IMG/VR virus record: IMGVR_UViG_3300042256_000013
Coordinates: 256,001 to 320,000 of that record
Source: a virus
Taxonomy: Duplodnaviria > Heunggongvirae > Uroviricota > Caudoviricetes
Strand: one strand, 5' to 3'
DNA: 64,000 nucleotides
The notes under the pieces are model-generated. The model worked only from the letters and a program-made list of their open reading frames with translations, was not told where the DNA came from and did no database searches. Positions 39,936-48,949 of this stretch are shown here, in pieces; position 1 is the first letter of the stretch; each line of letters starts with the position of its first letter. The translations under genes were made by a program, and so were the position numbers.

Positions 39936-40385
39936 TTATTGTAGTACTTTAAGTTTATATAAGATGCTCTCAACAAAACTCATAATATCTTCGAGTGTGT
40001 TTACAGAGCCGTATTCTCCAAGTCCATCCAATATTTCATGTATTTTTATGCAATGTTTTACATATTCTTCCAGTAGAGGAATTGCTTCTTCAAAAGGTTG
40101 AAAAACATAAGAACTGCCAGTACTGAAAATTGGCCCACGGTCTGCCATCATTCCTTCTATGAAGGTATCAACATATTCTGGTAGGTTCTGATAGAATTCA
40201 TCCAGTTCCATATGTTTAGAATAGTAGTTGCACTGTAAGTGCCAGTGGTGTGCTTGGGATTCAAGAAATAGACTATTCTCTACGAATTTAATCAAAATAT
40301 CGTCATGAGTGTCGTCAGTAGTTTCTACATAATCAATCATACTGCGTATGTCGTTAGGATCAAAATGTTCGCTCATAAGTATCAT
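39936..40385 (-). CDS. Ferritin/Dps-like four-helix protein (DUF5856-like)
   Basis: AHHWHLQ..YSKH..LDEFY...D.FIE and Y.L motifs. Confidence 0.75.
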   Translation of the reverse strand: MILMSEHFDPNDIRSMIDYVETTDDTHDDILIKFVENSLFLESQAHHWHLQCNYYSKHMELDEFYQNLPEYVDTFIEGMMADRGPIFSTGSSYVFQPFEEAIPLLEEYVKHCIKIHEILDGLGEYGSVNTLEDIMSFVESILYKLKVLQ

Positions 40386-40409
40386 CCCTTCAGGTTATTG
40401 ATACTGTAT

Positions 40410-40775
40410 TTAGCAGTGAAAAATAAACTTCGGGTTGTAGTAATCACAAACCTTTTTGATTTTCTCATGTTCTACTGTTCCATAAACAAACAGAAATTCA
40501 CACGGAACTTCAGACAAATACATGGTATTAGTACTGATGAAATGTAAATTTTCTATCTTTTGAACAGGGAAATGAGGATCAAAATTTAAACAGATAACAC
40601 AATTATCTTCAAGAGCAATTTCTTTAGTTGCTTCATAAATTCCTAATGCTTTATCATCATTTAAATTTGGTAGGTATATCTGATTCTGTTTTGTTAGATA
40701 AGAATCATACTCAATTAAAATTAGAAAATATCTCAACATTGTACTGTTGAAATATTCATTGTCTGCAAGTTCCAT
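40410..40775 (-). CDS. Hypothetical protein
   Basis: 121 aa ORF; GGAG RBS. Confidence 0.6.
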   Translation of the reverse strand: MELADNEYFNSTMLRYFLILIEYDSYLTKQNQIYLPNLNDDKALGIYEATKEIALEDNCVICLNFDPHFPVQKIENLHFISTNTMYLSEVPCEFLFVYGTVEHEKIKKVCDYYNPKFIFHC

Positions 40776-40876
40776 TGCCTAACTCCGTTAGTCAAGAATT
40801 TTCGTTAGTACTCACGTTGTTCGTACTTAACTCAATTCCTTTTAAACTATTTAATACGTTTAACACTGTTTATACT

Positions 40877-41394
40877 GACGGGGTTTGTTGATCTATTTGC
40901 ATCCCCCCGCAAAGGGGAACGAAAAAAAGTCAGAACTAAGCTGACGGTGGTGGTCTTACCATCTGAATTTGTAGATTTCACTCAAATTTTGGACGGATCT
41001 ATATTGTCTAAAATTTGTAGTAAACACTGGCGGGTTGTCCGGTTTCCAGTTACTACAGTCGCATACAACGGTCGGAGTTTTCTCATTGCTCCGCATATAG
41101 TACTTGCTAATTCAGCAACAGGTACTATTGATATTCCGTAGAATATCTCCCTTTTAACAGGTGAGTATGCCTCTAATGCCTATCTGGTGCGTTCATGTCA
41201 AGGACGCATTTAAAGTGCCGCATTGCCGTGGGTGGTACAAACTATGCCAACTCCTAACGGGTAAAATATATTGCACTCGTACTGATTGAACTACTCAACT
41301 GCTGTTTACTTTTCAACGAGATCAGGTTCAAACTATTCCATTTCTGGATCAATCAGAGTTTTTAAAACAGTGAAGACCTTTTTATGATCTTCAC
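40877..41394 (+). ncRNA. Candidate large structured non-coding RNA (alternatively a structured DNA element such as an origin)
   Basis: ~660 bp gap with no credible ORF, higher GC than its flanks, and at least 12 stems including a multi-branch junction. Wobble pairs read G-U on the plus strand. Confidence 0.55.
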
Positions 41395-41398
41395 ATAC

Positions 41399-41427
41399 AT
41401 TATAGCACAAAAATTACAATCGTTTCA
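41399..41427 (-). promoter_or_regulatory. Phage promoter class TGAAAC-N17-TATAAT (copy 5), firing into the structured non-coding locus
   Basis: Minus strand reads TGAAAC gattgtaatttt TGTGC TATAAT. The nearest downstream ORF start is more than 600 bp away. Confidence 0.75.
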
Positions 41428-41434
41428 TTTATTT

Positions 41435-41719
41435 TCAATCTTTATAAAATTGATCATTGTAACTTTGTGTTTGTACCCGATAATCAGGATCAATATTTTC
41501 TTGATGAATATTCTCATTCAAGAACTTAATTGCCTTTTCTTCTGAACTGAACTTCAATCGTTCTTGAGTACCTTTAGCACACAAGAATCGTGATTCATTA
41601 TAATCAGATTCATCAAACCATTGCATACAACAAATGGTTAGCAAAGTATCATCATTGCTAGAACGAATGATACGATAGTAAACTGGATTAATATTTTCAT
41701 ACTGTTCTGCTGGACTCAT
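41435..41719 (-). CDS. Hypothetical protein
   Basis: 94 aa ORF; GAGG RBS. Confidence 0.6.
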   Translation of the reverse strand: MSPAEQYENINPVYYRIIRSSNDDTLLTICCMQWFDESDYNESRFLCAKGTQERLKFSSEEKAIKFLNENIHQENIDPDYRVQTQSYNDQFYKD

Positions 41720-41728
41720 TTTGGAACC

Positions 41729-42115
41729 TCACATGTAAAGTCGTTTTAATTCATTTGGGGAACGATCAAAGAACTGTTCAATGAAATTAATATCTTCAAA
41801 GAGTGACGGCTCCAGATCATGCTCATAGTATACACGTTTACTGTACTTTTGTAAACCGTTATACGCAATTTTAATTGGAAGAATAATTTGTTCATCTTCA
41901 TTAAGACTATACGTACAAGATAGTTTAACATATTTCTTTTCGTTGTCAAGCATATTTTTATGAAATGCCAGTTCAAGACCTTCCATATGGCTAAATGAAT
42001 CTTCTTTATTAACCATATTGATTGCTATGGTCACATGCTTTTCAAAACCTAAATCGGTAATGTTTTTTGTGCAAGCAGTAACTTCCAGGTTGTCAAAATC
42101 AATATCTTTCAGCAT
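41729..42115 (-). CDS. Hypothetical protein
   Basis: Start set at MLKDI after GGAG. Confidence 0.6.
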   Translation of the reverse strand: MLKDIDFDNLEVTACTKNITDLGFEKHVTIAINMVNKEDSFSHMEGLELAFHKNMLDNEKKYVKLSCTYSLNEDEQIILPIKIAYNGLQKYSKRVYYEHDLEPSLFEDINFIEQFFDRSPNELKRLYM

Positions 42116-42186
42116 TCTACTCTCCAAACGAAAAAAGGAAATCTCACGATTTCCTTAATTTTACTTCAATATTTGGTTCCTGTCAA

Positions 42187-42501
42187 CTACTTTTTAGGAA
42201 CTTCTTTAAGATTTGTTATACCATTTAATGTGTTAACAAGTACATTATGCATTGATGCACATTTGTTATAATAGTCCTGCCAATCGCGTAGTACACGATA
42301 CATCTCTTGACCATTATATACCTTCTCACCTTTGTCATTTATGACAAAATTCTCAGGAATCGGTGTGTCAGTACCGCAAAGTTGTACTAAATTGGTTTGT
42401 TCGATGATAGGCTTATTTTGAACTGGAACATTTGAACAACCAGTGATTGCTAAAGTACAAGCAAGTACTACAGCAGCAAAAAACATTTTTATTTTATTCA
42501 C
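42187..42501 (-). CDS. o-spanin (outer-membrane lipoprotein)
   Basis: Signal peptide with lipobox ITGC and further Cys residues; overlaps the upstream i-spanin by 4 bp. Confidence 0.8.
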   Translation of the reverse strand: MNKIKMFFAAVVLACTLAITGCSNVPVQNKPIIEQTNLVQLCGTDTPIPENFVINDKGEKVYNGQEMYRVLRDWQDYYNKCASMHNVLVNTLNGITNLKEVPKK

Positions 42502-42866
42502 TTGGTTTTCTTCCCGTTTATAATATCAGCAGATTGTTGACGATATTCTTTCAATAAATCAACCCCAGCTTGATCCATACATTGTTGTAGGTAAATTGGC
42601 TGTTGTAGAATAGTTTTCTCTTTAATTATTGTATTTGTCTTAGCATCAGCAAGTAAATCTTTCTGGTCTTCTAAACCTTGAGCTTGAGCACTTTGGTACT
42701 TTGAGATACCTGCATCAACGATTTTCTCTACTTTTTGGTCTAAACTTTCTTGGTATCCATAATAATACGTATGGATTTTCCAGCCACCAAATACCATAAT
42801 AATTGTGTACAAGAAGAACGCAATAATGGTAATAGGGAGCTTGTATAACTTAATAAAATCTAACAT
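42498..42866 (-). CDS. i-spanin (inner-membrane)
   Basis: N-terminal TM, periplasmic coiled coil, C-terminal Cys (PIYLQQCMD); paired with the lipoprotein. Confidence 0.8.
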   Translation of the reverse strand: MLDFIKLYKLPITIIAFFLYTIIMVFGGWKIHTYYYGYQESLDQKVEKIVDAGISKYQSAQAQGLEDQKDLLADAKTNTIIKEKTILQQPIYLQQCMDQAGVDLLKEYRQQSADIINGKKTK

Positions 42867-42939
42867 GATAGCACCTCTTAATACTTAGGTTATACCATAT
42901 TTAATAGAAAACCCGCCATTTCTGACGGGTTTCGATGAA

Positions 42940-43347
42940 TTATTTTTGAATTATTTTCAAAATATCAGAAACTGTTTTTAGTTTTTCAGCTTCGTTATCG
43001 GAAATTTCAACATTAAATTCATCTTCGATTGCCATTATAGTTTCAACAACATCTAACGAATCCATCCATAATACATCATACAGATACGTTAAATCACTAT
43101 CAATCTGCACAACATCGTCTACCACTTCTTGATGTACTCCAGGTACATCAGAAAATATTTTACGAAGACGTGCCATATAATGATCAGTACTGGTTAATTC
43201 TTTATCAACTAAGTTTTTGATCGTATTTTCGCGAAGTGCATTAATGCGAATTTCCACTTCTTGGAGAATATCATACCTACGTACAGTATTTTTTTCTTTA
43301 AGATAAATTGATTCTAACTCATTAAGTACTTCATTTAGACTTGGCAT
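42940..43347 (-). CDS. Acyl carrier protein with N-terminal helical extension
   Basis: C-terminal DSLDVVETIMAIEDEFNVEISDNEAEKLKTVSD matches AcpP helix II onward, with the phosphopantetheine Ser retained. Confidence 0.85.
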   Translation of the reverse strand: MPSLNEVLNELESIYLKEKNTVRRYDILQEVEIRINALRENTIKNLVDKELTSTDHYMARLRKIFSDVPGVHQEVVDDVVQIDSDLTYLYDVLWMDSLDVVETIMAIEDEFNVEISDNEAEKLKTVSDILKIIQK

Positions 43348-43906
43348 GTTTAATCCTTTCTTTGAAACCAGCAGTAACTCGAATAAGTAAACGCTGGCAA
43401 TTAGTTTCTAATAATGGACAGTTGTGAAGTACTTTGCTTGTGTACTTGTGTGCTGTATTTGTTGGAGCGACAGCTTCAATTAGTACTTCATTGGTTAGAA
43501 TATCTTGTACTGAATTATATCCAATAACATTAATTGGATTCATAATGAAGCTTGTTCCCTGAATAGTACTAAAAATGATATGAGTTTCAGGTTCAAAGTC
43601 ATCATGAATATCATTAGTACAATCTAAATGGTATCCATAGATTTGTGAACCACTATCACCAACATTTAGATCGCGTACACGATAATCAACAACAACTGAA
43701 CGATCATCATATTTTTTGACTTCATCAATCATCCGCTGAACTAATTGTGCCATTTCTGATGGAATACTATCAAGTACTTTTTTCGGATTTTCGTATTTAA
43801 ATTCCTGTACTGGAAGGTTCTCTGGAACCTCCCAACTGAACAGATTTAATTCAATACTACCCGTAGGTTGTAACGTATTAATGTCCACATTCATAGTATG
43901 ATACAT
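43331..43906 (-). CDS. Possible 2OG-Fe(II) dioxygenase-like (DSBH) protein
   Basis: YHLD (HxD), distal LH and R.LIRV give the expected facial-triad plus Arg pattern. Confidence 0.45.
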   Translation of the reverse strand: MYHTMNVDINTLQPTGSIELNLFSWEVPENLPVQEFKYENPKKVLDSIPSEMAQLVQRMIDEVKKYDDRSVVVDYRVRDLNVGDSGSQIYGYHLDCTNDIHDDFEPETHIIFSTIQGTSFIMNPINVIGYNSVQDILTNEVLIEAVAPTNTAHKYTSKVLHNCPLLETNCQRLLIRVTAGFKERIKHAKSK

Positions 43907-44357
43907 TGACCTCTACAGTTTCACCAGTAAAATCGATAACAATATTGAAGTTAGTTTCTAACACTTCGTTAAGACCATCTTCAAATTGAGCATTATAAAG
44001 AATGTCTTTAATTGCCTTAGCATCTTCAAGAGATAAATTCTGATTTGAGTTTTTATATGCTTCTGGACATTCTGATTCATCACGCCAGTACAGACGTTCT
44101 ACGTATTCATCAACTGTATCCCATGCACGAGGTGCATCTTTGGAAATGAATACTTCAGAAGAGTGAGTACATTCTTCACCATCATTCCATTCTGGAGTAT
44201 AACCCAAAACGAAAATATGTTCAAGTTCAGGGAACTTATCTTTTAGTTCATTGCAATCAATTTTTAGTTTTTCAAGAAACTCAGAACGAAGTTTAGATTT
44301 AAGTTCTTTGAGAGTTGCTTTATATTCAGTTACAGCAGTTTTTACATTATTAAACAT
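43878..44357 (-). CDS. YTPxxNDG..C.H family paralog 3
   Basis: GYTPEWNDGEECTHS and C-terminal YYECGH. Start set at MFNNV. Confidence 0.7.
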   Translation of the reverse strand: MFNNVKTAVTEYKATLKELKSKLRSEFLEKLKIDCNELKDKFPELEHIFVLGYTPEWNDGEECTHSSEVFISKDAPRAWDTVDEYVERLYWRDESECPEAYKNSNQNLSLEDAKAIKDILYNAQFEDGLNEVLETNFNIVIDFTGETVEVNVSYYECGH

Positions 44358-44358
44358 A

Positions 44359-44868
44359 TTAATATCCACAATAGTAATCGTCTTCAGTGATTTTAGGTTC
44401 ATCTCCAGTTAAATCAACATATACAATATAATTAGTATAGTGAATTTCTTCTACCAAATAATCGATATAACCTACCAAATAATCAACACTTTCCGAATCT
44501 TCTTCAGAATAAGTATTGATACTATCAAAACCTTCCCAATCACGAAGATCTTCGTCTTCAATTTCATCATCACCAGTCAGAAAATATGAAATACCAATTC
44601 CATATTCTGAAAGCTCGCCGAAATCATTGTAACGTTTCTGAGTACAAACATAATACGTATCACTTGAATGTGTACACGCATCACCATCATTAAACCCAGG
44701 AGTATAACCTTTAATGATTAACTTATTAAATCCTTCAATTTTGGCAAGTTCATCAACTAAACTTTTAAGTAACTCACGTTTATTAGTATCAACGAATTTA
44801 CGTAAATCGTATGCAGATGCATCGGATGCATCTTTTAATGTTTTAAATTGTTCAAACAAAGTTGTCAT
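44359..44868 (-). CDS. YTPxxNDG..C.H family paralog 2
   Basis: GYTPGFNDGDACTHS and C-terminal YYCGY. Start set at MTTLF. Confidence 0.7.
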   Translation of the reverse strand: MTTLFEQFKTLKDASDASAYDLRKFVDTNKRELLKSLVDELAKIEGFNKLIIKGYTPGFNDGDACTHSSDTYYVCTQKRYNDFGELSEYGIGISYFLTGDDEIEDEDLRDWEGFDSINTYSEEDSESVDYLVGYIDYLVEEIHYTNYIVYVDLTGDEPKITEDDYYCGY

Positions 44869-44869
44869 T

Positions 44870-45289
44870 TTAGTATCCGCAGTAATATTCTTCGTGTTTA
44901 ATTGTAATTGTTCCATCTTGAATGATGAATCCAAATTTATAGTTCGTACCATAAATGTGAATCAATATTTCATCCAGTAGTGCCATTTTAACTTCAATTG
45001 CACGACCTTCAGAATCACTTAGATTATTGTCATCATAATCTTCAGGAATATCTTCAATGAAATCACGAATATCATTGTCCATATAGCGAACTTGAATGTC
45101 GCTTCCATGTTCACATGCTTCTCCATCATTCCATTCTGGAGTGTAACCAACGATCATACCATTGGTTAATCCAGGATGGTCAATACCCAATTCTTTTACG
45201 AATAATCTCATTATTTCGTCATGATGTTCATTCAGGAGGGTATTGTATACTTCATGTGCAGTTTTGAATTGGTCTAAAAGGTTCATCAA
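44870..45289 (-). CDS. YTPxxNDG..C.H family paralog 1
   Basis: GYTPEWNDGEACEHG and C-terminal YYCGY. Confidence 0.7.
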   Translation of the reverse strand: MMNLLDQFKTAHEVYNTLLNEHHDEIMRLFVKELGIDHPGLTNGMIVGYTPEWNDGEACEHGSDIQVRYMDNDIRDFIEDIPEDYDDNNLSDSEGRAIEVKMALLDEILIHIYGTNYKFGFIIQDGTITIKHEEYYCGY

Positions 45290-46536
45290 TTATTTCCATA
45301 CCATTGCATTTCGCGAAGTTCAATCAGCAGTTTAGATGCCTTTTTAATATCGGGAACACGTGGTAATACAGATTGTTTATATAGTACTTCACGGATGTAC
45401 TGATCTTTTTCTTGCCAGTACTCCATCATTTCATCGAACGTCCATGCACCATTACGGATAGCCAGAAGTTCTGCTGCGTCAGGTCGTTTGACATGAACTT
45501 CACCAGTACTTAATGCTTCTTCCGCTGTACGCATCAGACGAACAACATGCATAGCATGTTTTGTATCGTAGCCATTCTGTTGTTCAAGCTCAGAACGTGC
45601 TTCGTTACGGTTTGCTTTCCATGTATGATAGTTATGACGATTGTCAGAACTTTTCTCGTATTCTTCCTTGTTGAATTTTACGATCAGCTTAGGCTGTTCT
45701 TTTACTTCTTCAAGTGAAAGATTGCTTGTATCAATGCGATGAATACTACCATCATCATTTAGTGTACGACCACCTTCTTTTGGAACAACACCAAATGTAT
45801 TATCACCATAAGGAACTAATTGATAATCATGATTATAGTTCAGAATTGTGAAATCACGATCCAGTACTTGATAATCAAAATAGTTATGAACCAGTTTAAT
45901 GAAGTGATATTGCTTCAACGGTTGAGTACTAAGCATCTGTAGAGATGCATTTCGAAGTTGTTTCTCGAAATGAAGATCCATTGCAGTTTTAATGTACTTA
46001 CCACGACCACGTTCAACATCAATAAGACCCATAACGTAATCAGGGAAGGTATCACCAATCCACTGAATAGTTTGTTCACATGGGAATGAATCGAAGAATT
46101 CTTGAAGAATACGAACACCAGTACGTTCACGATCCATCCAGCCGTGGTGGTTCTTCATACGTTTGGCTTGGTTATGAGCATAACCAGTATAAGTAAACGC
46201 AACCTTAGAAGACAGTAAATCACTACGAGCCGCACGAAGATGATCATATAATCCAGTTCTAACTTGAATATCGGCTTCATCAACCCACAGTGATTCAAGA
46301 ATGTTAGGGTTAGCATCCAGATACAGTTTCATGTAGTTGTTAAGTTCGTAGTACTTTGTATCTTCTTCTTTCGTATCTGATACTTCGTTTACAGTAAAGA
46401 ACGGAGTTAAGATGAATTCTTTATCAGCCATAAAGATGCCACGAAAATCAGTATCGGATGTTGGAGTACTTGTACCGTAAGCCTGGGAGCCTGCCAGGTG
46501 TCTGACAATAAGATTGTCTAAATGATTATCTGCCAT
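45286..46536 (-). CDS. DNA polymerase beta-superfamily nucleotidyltransferase (RlaP/YcgL-like)
   Basis: GSQAYG...SDTDFRG, NPNILE, GYDTKHAMHVVRL and LLAIRNG. Start set at MADNH (46536) after AAGGA. Confidence 0.85.
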   Translation of the reverse strand: MADNHLDNLIVRHLAGSQAYGTSTPTSDTDFRGIFMADKEFILTPFFTVNEVSDTKEEDTKYYELNNYMKLYLDANPNILESLWVDEADIQVRTGLYDHLRAARSDLLSSKVAFTYTGYAHNQAKRMKNHHGWMDRERTGVRILQEFFDSFPCEQTIQWIGDTFPDYVMGLIDVERGRGKYIKTAMDLHFEKQLRNASLQMLSTQPLKQYHFIKLVHNYFDYQVLDRDFTILNYNHDYQLVPYGDNTFGVVPKEGGRTLNDDGSIHRIDTSNLSLEEVKEQPKLIVKFNKEEYEKSSDNRHNYHTWKANRNEARSELEQQNGYDTKHAMHVVRLMRTAEEALSTGEVHVKRPDAAELLAIRNGAWTFDEMMEYWQEKDQYIREVLYKQSVLPRVPDIKKASKLLIELREMQWYGNN

Positions 46537-46657
46537 GTTTTTTCCTTTTTGAAAAATCCATATCATACACAATAACAGGAACAACTTTTCTATTTTGTCT
46601 TCCTTGGGATTGTATATTTTGTAATGAATTTGAATTATAAATTTTTTTCATATAGTT

Positions 46658-46993
46658 TTATAAAATATCTGAACAGTACTTCCAAGATATAACTTTTTCA
46701 CCATCTTTGAAGGTATCTGAACCAGAATAACAACACCATTGATTACCATCATGGTAAACAACTTCATACCATTCGGATGTACCAAGATCACCTATAGTTG
46801 CGATTTTAGCAAGTATTGGTTCTAATGCTTCTGGTATTAATACTGTTTCAGATAATAAACGTATAATGTCAGACCTGTTAGTTAAATCATAAATTTCCAC
46901 GCTTTTTGCTTGATCATTCATACGATCCGAAAAATTTTGACGTTCTTCTCGCACTTCACGAATAATATCTTCTCGCATATTTTTTGGTTTCAT
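46658..46993 (-). CDS. Hypothetical protein
   Basis: 111 aa ORF with a 4-bp overlap to the methyltransferase stop. Confidence 0.6.
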   Translation of the reverse strand: MKPKNMREDIIREVREERQNFSDRMNDQAKSVEIYDLTNRSDIIRLLSETVLIPEALEPILAKIATIGDLGTSEWYEVVYHDGNQWCCYSGSDTFKDGEKVISWKYCSDIL

Positions 46994-47850
46994 AGATAGT
47001 TCTCTCTACCATGTTGTAAGAGTCTTTCAATTATTAAGTTATAGTACTGTTCAGATTTTTCAATCAGAACGCAGTTCCTATTAAGTTGAACAGCACTTAA
47101 TGCAGTTGTACCTGAACCTCCGAATGGATCAAGAATCCAGTCTTGTTCTTCAGTACTGAGTTTTATAAAGAAGTTCGGAATGTCAATAGGATAAACCGCA
47201 GGATGACCAATATTCAAATTACTGGTGCTACAGGTTAGAACATTACTTGGACGTACCATATCTTCAGCAACACGCTTAGACATGTTCATTGTACTTCCAT
47301 TAGTTACGTTGTGCTCACCTTTGTTTTTACGTTTCTTCTCACTTTCAAGATATTTTGAAGTACTCTGTACTTTAACTTCATCTGGAAAGAATTTATATTT
47401 TGATGTGTGATTGAACTGAAAGATTCGTTCGAACCCATCTTTCAATCTTGTTTTAGCACCAGTTGGGAATGGATTTGTTTTGTTCCAAATGTACTCGTCA
47501 CTCCAGTTATAATCTTCAGACATAGCAATAATGGTGCGATACACATAGGTATCACGCTTACCTTTATCAACATGTTCTTTGATATTAAAGAAATACGAGC
47601 CATCATCATGAATTACATTCATAATATCAGTACTGATATTTTTATACCATTCAGGGAAGTCTTCAGGACTAATACTGTCATAAACATCCTTACGCTGTTC
47701 AGCATATGGAGGTGATGTAATAGCAGAATTGAACTTAATTTCAGATTCGTGGAGTTCATTTAAAACTTCAGCACAATCACCATTAATAACGATGATTGTG
47801 CTATTTCCTAATTCAATAACTTGATGCGGGGATTGACCAGAGTATTCCAT
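46990..47850 (-). CDS. Orphan beta-class amino DNA methyltransferase, probably N4-cytosine
   Basis: Catalytic TSPPY precedes the SAM-binding DPFGGSGTT (beta order); GD, IWNK and HPA.YP also present. No adjacent restriction endonuclease recognised. Confidence 0.9.
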   Translation of the reverse strand: MEYSGQSPHQVIELGNSTIIVINGDCAEVLNELHESEIKFNSAITSPPYAEQRKDVYDSISPEDFPEWYKNISTDIMNVIHDDGSYFFNIKEHVDKGKRDTYVYRTIIAMSEDYNWSDEYIWNKTNPFPTGAKTRLKDGFERIFQFNHTSKYKFFPDEVKVQSTSKYLESEKKRKNKGEHNVTNGSTMNMSKRVAEDMVRPSNVLTCSTSNLNIGHPAVYPIDIPNFFIKLSTEEQDWILDPFGGSGTTALSAVQLNRNCVLIEKSEQYYNLIIERLLQHGRENYL

Positions 47851-47857
47851 TTGTTCC

Positions 47858-48463
47858 TTATGAATACTTATCCAGTATTCCTTCTTTGAATTTTTCTAAT
47901 ATACGCATTTCTTCCATTATTTTTTGTTGTTTCAGAATTTCTTCTTCAGCGTCTTTAGCATCTTTGATAGCATCATATACTGCTTCGAACCAAAGATGAT
48001 CATTTCCACCGAACAGTACTACCTCTTGAATAGTAGTTTGTTTACTTTCAAGGATAAAATAATGATTCAAAATTTTATCATGCAGAATACGAGGATCAGG
48101 ATCTTCTTCAGAAGACCCATACATAGCAGGATGATGATATGCACGAATCCTGGAATCATAAAATGATTTAATTACTATTTCAGTATCTGGAATAATTAAT
48201 TTTACAATTTCCGTATTTCGGTCGAATGCACGAATTGGTTTTAAAATGTCAAAACGGTTAACATTTGTAGCAATTGTTTTCAGTAGATTATATTTTTTAG
48301 TTGACAATTCAGCCAACTTGTTTTTCATGAAAATTATATGCGACCTACGTTGAGCACGGATGCGTGGAGTAGGAATCGCATAAATGAATTCATTAAGTAG
48401 TTTCGTATTCTTACGCAGAATAAGAAACATTAGTTTCATATTTGAAAATTTCTTTTCTGACAT
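47858..48463 (-). CDS. LLxxxLRK family hypothetical protein, paralog A
   Basis: Shares LMFLILRKN and IATNVNRF motifs with 48463-48942 and 50236-50829. Confidence 0.65.
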   Translation of the reverse strand: MSEKKFSNMKLMFLILRKNTKLLNEFIYAIPTPRIRAQRRSHIIFMKNKLAELSTKKYNLLKTIATNVNRFDILKPIRAFDRNTEIVKLIIPDTEIVIKSFYDSRIRAYHHPAMYGSSEEDPDPRILHDKILNHYFILESKQTTIQEVVLFGGNDHLWFEAVYDAIKDAKDAEEEILKQQKIMEEMRILEKFKEGILDKYS

Positions 48464-48942
48464 TAGCGAAACTCCGACAAGATATTCATACGTTTTTCTT
48501 CAATCTCACGTTCTTTCATCAGGCGTTTCTGATGTTCCTGAGCACGGATTAAACACCCGAATGCAACAATGAATGCATGATGATCAGTACCTTCAAAGAT
48601 TACCACATTATTGGACATTACATTAGTGTGATATACAATGAACTGATTTCCAGTATTGTTATCGATTAAGGTAGGATGACCATAACGAGAACTATTACTA
48701 CCACTGGCTTCATGAATACTTTCAATTGTTGAAGTAAATGCTTGAATTGTTGCATTAGCGGATGAGAATCGATCAATCTCAGTTGCCATAATGCGAATCA
48801 TATTACGTAGCATTGGTTGTAGCGTTGAGTAATGATATTTCATATGAATTAAAAACTTGCGATCAGCATCAGTCTGAATATCTTCTTTTAATACATTATT
48901 ACTTTTACGCAGAAGTGCAAACAGCAAATCGGACTTTTTCAT
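48463..48942 (-). CDS. LLxxxLRK family hypothetical protein, paralog B
   Basis: LLFALLRKS and MATEIDRF. Start set at MKKSD after GAGG. Confidence 0.65.
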   Translation of the reverse strand: MKKSDLLFALLRKSNNVLKEDIQTDADRKFLIHMKYHYSTLQPMLRNMIRIMATEIDRFSSANATIQAFTSTIESIHEASGSNSSRYGHPTLIDNNTGNQFIVYHTNVMSNNVVIFEGTDHHAFIVAFGCLIRAQEHQKRLMKEREIEEKRMNILSEFR

Positions 48943-48949
48943 TTGAACC

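Noticed and set aside
40947-41141. 64 aa plus-strand ORF inside the structured locus
   Set aside because: GTG start without a clear RBS, opposite to all neighbours, no recognisable motif. The dense pairing explains the sequence better.
40877-41394. tmRNA, RNase P RNA, tRNA or self-splicing intron as the identity of the structured locus
   Set aside because: No T-loop/CCA end, RNase P P4 motif or intron core motifs were recognisable, and it does not interrupt a gene. An Rfam search is still needed.
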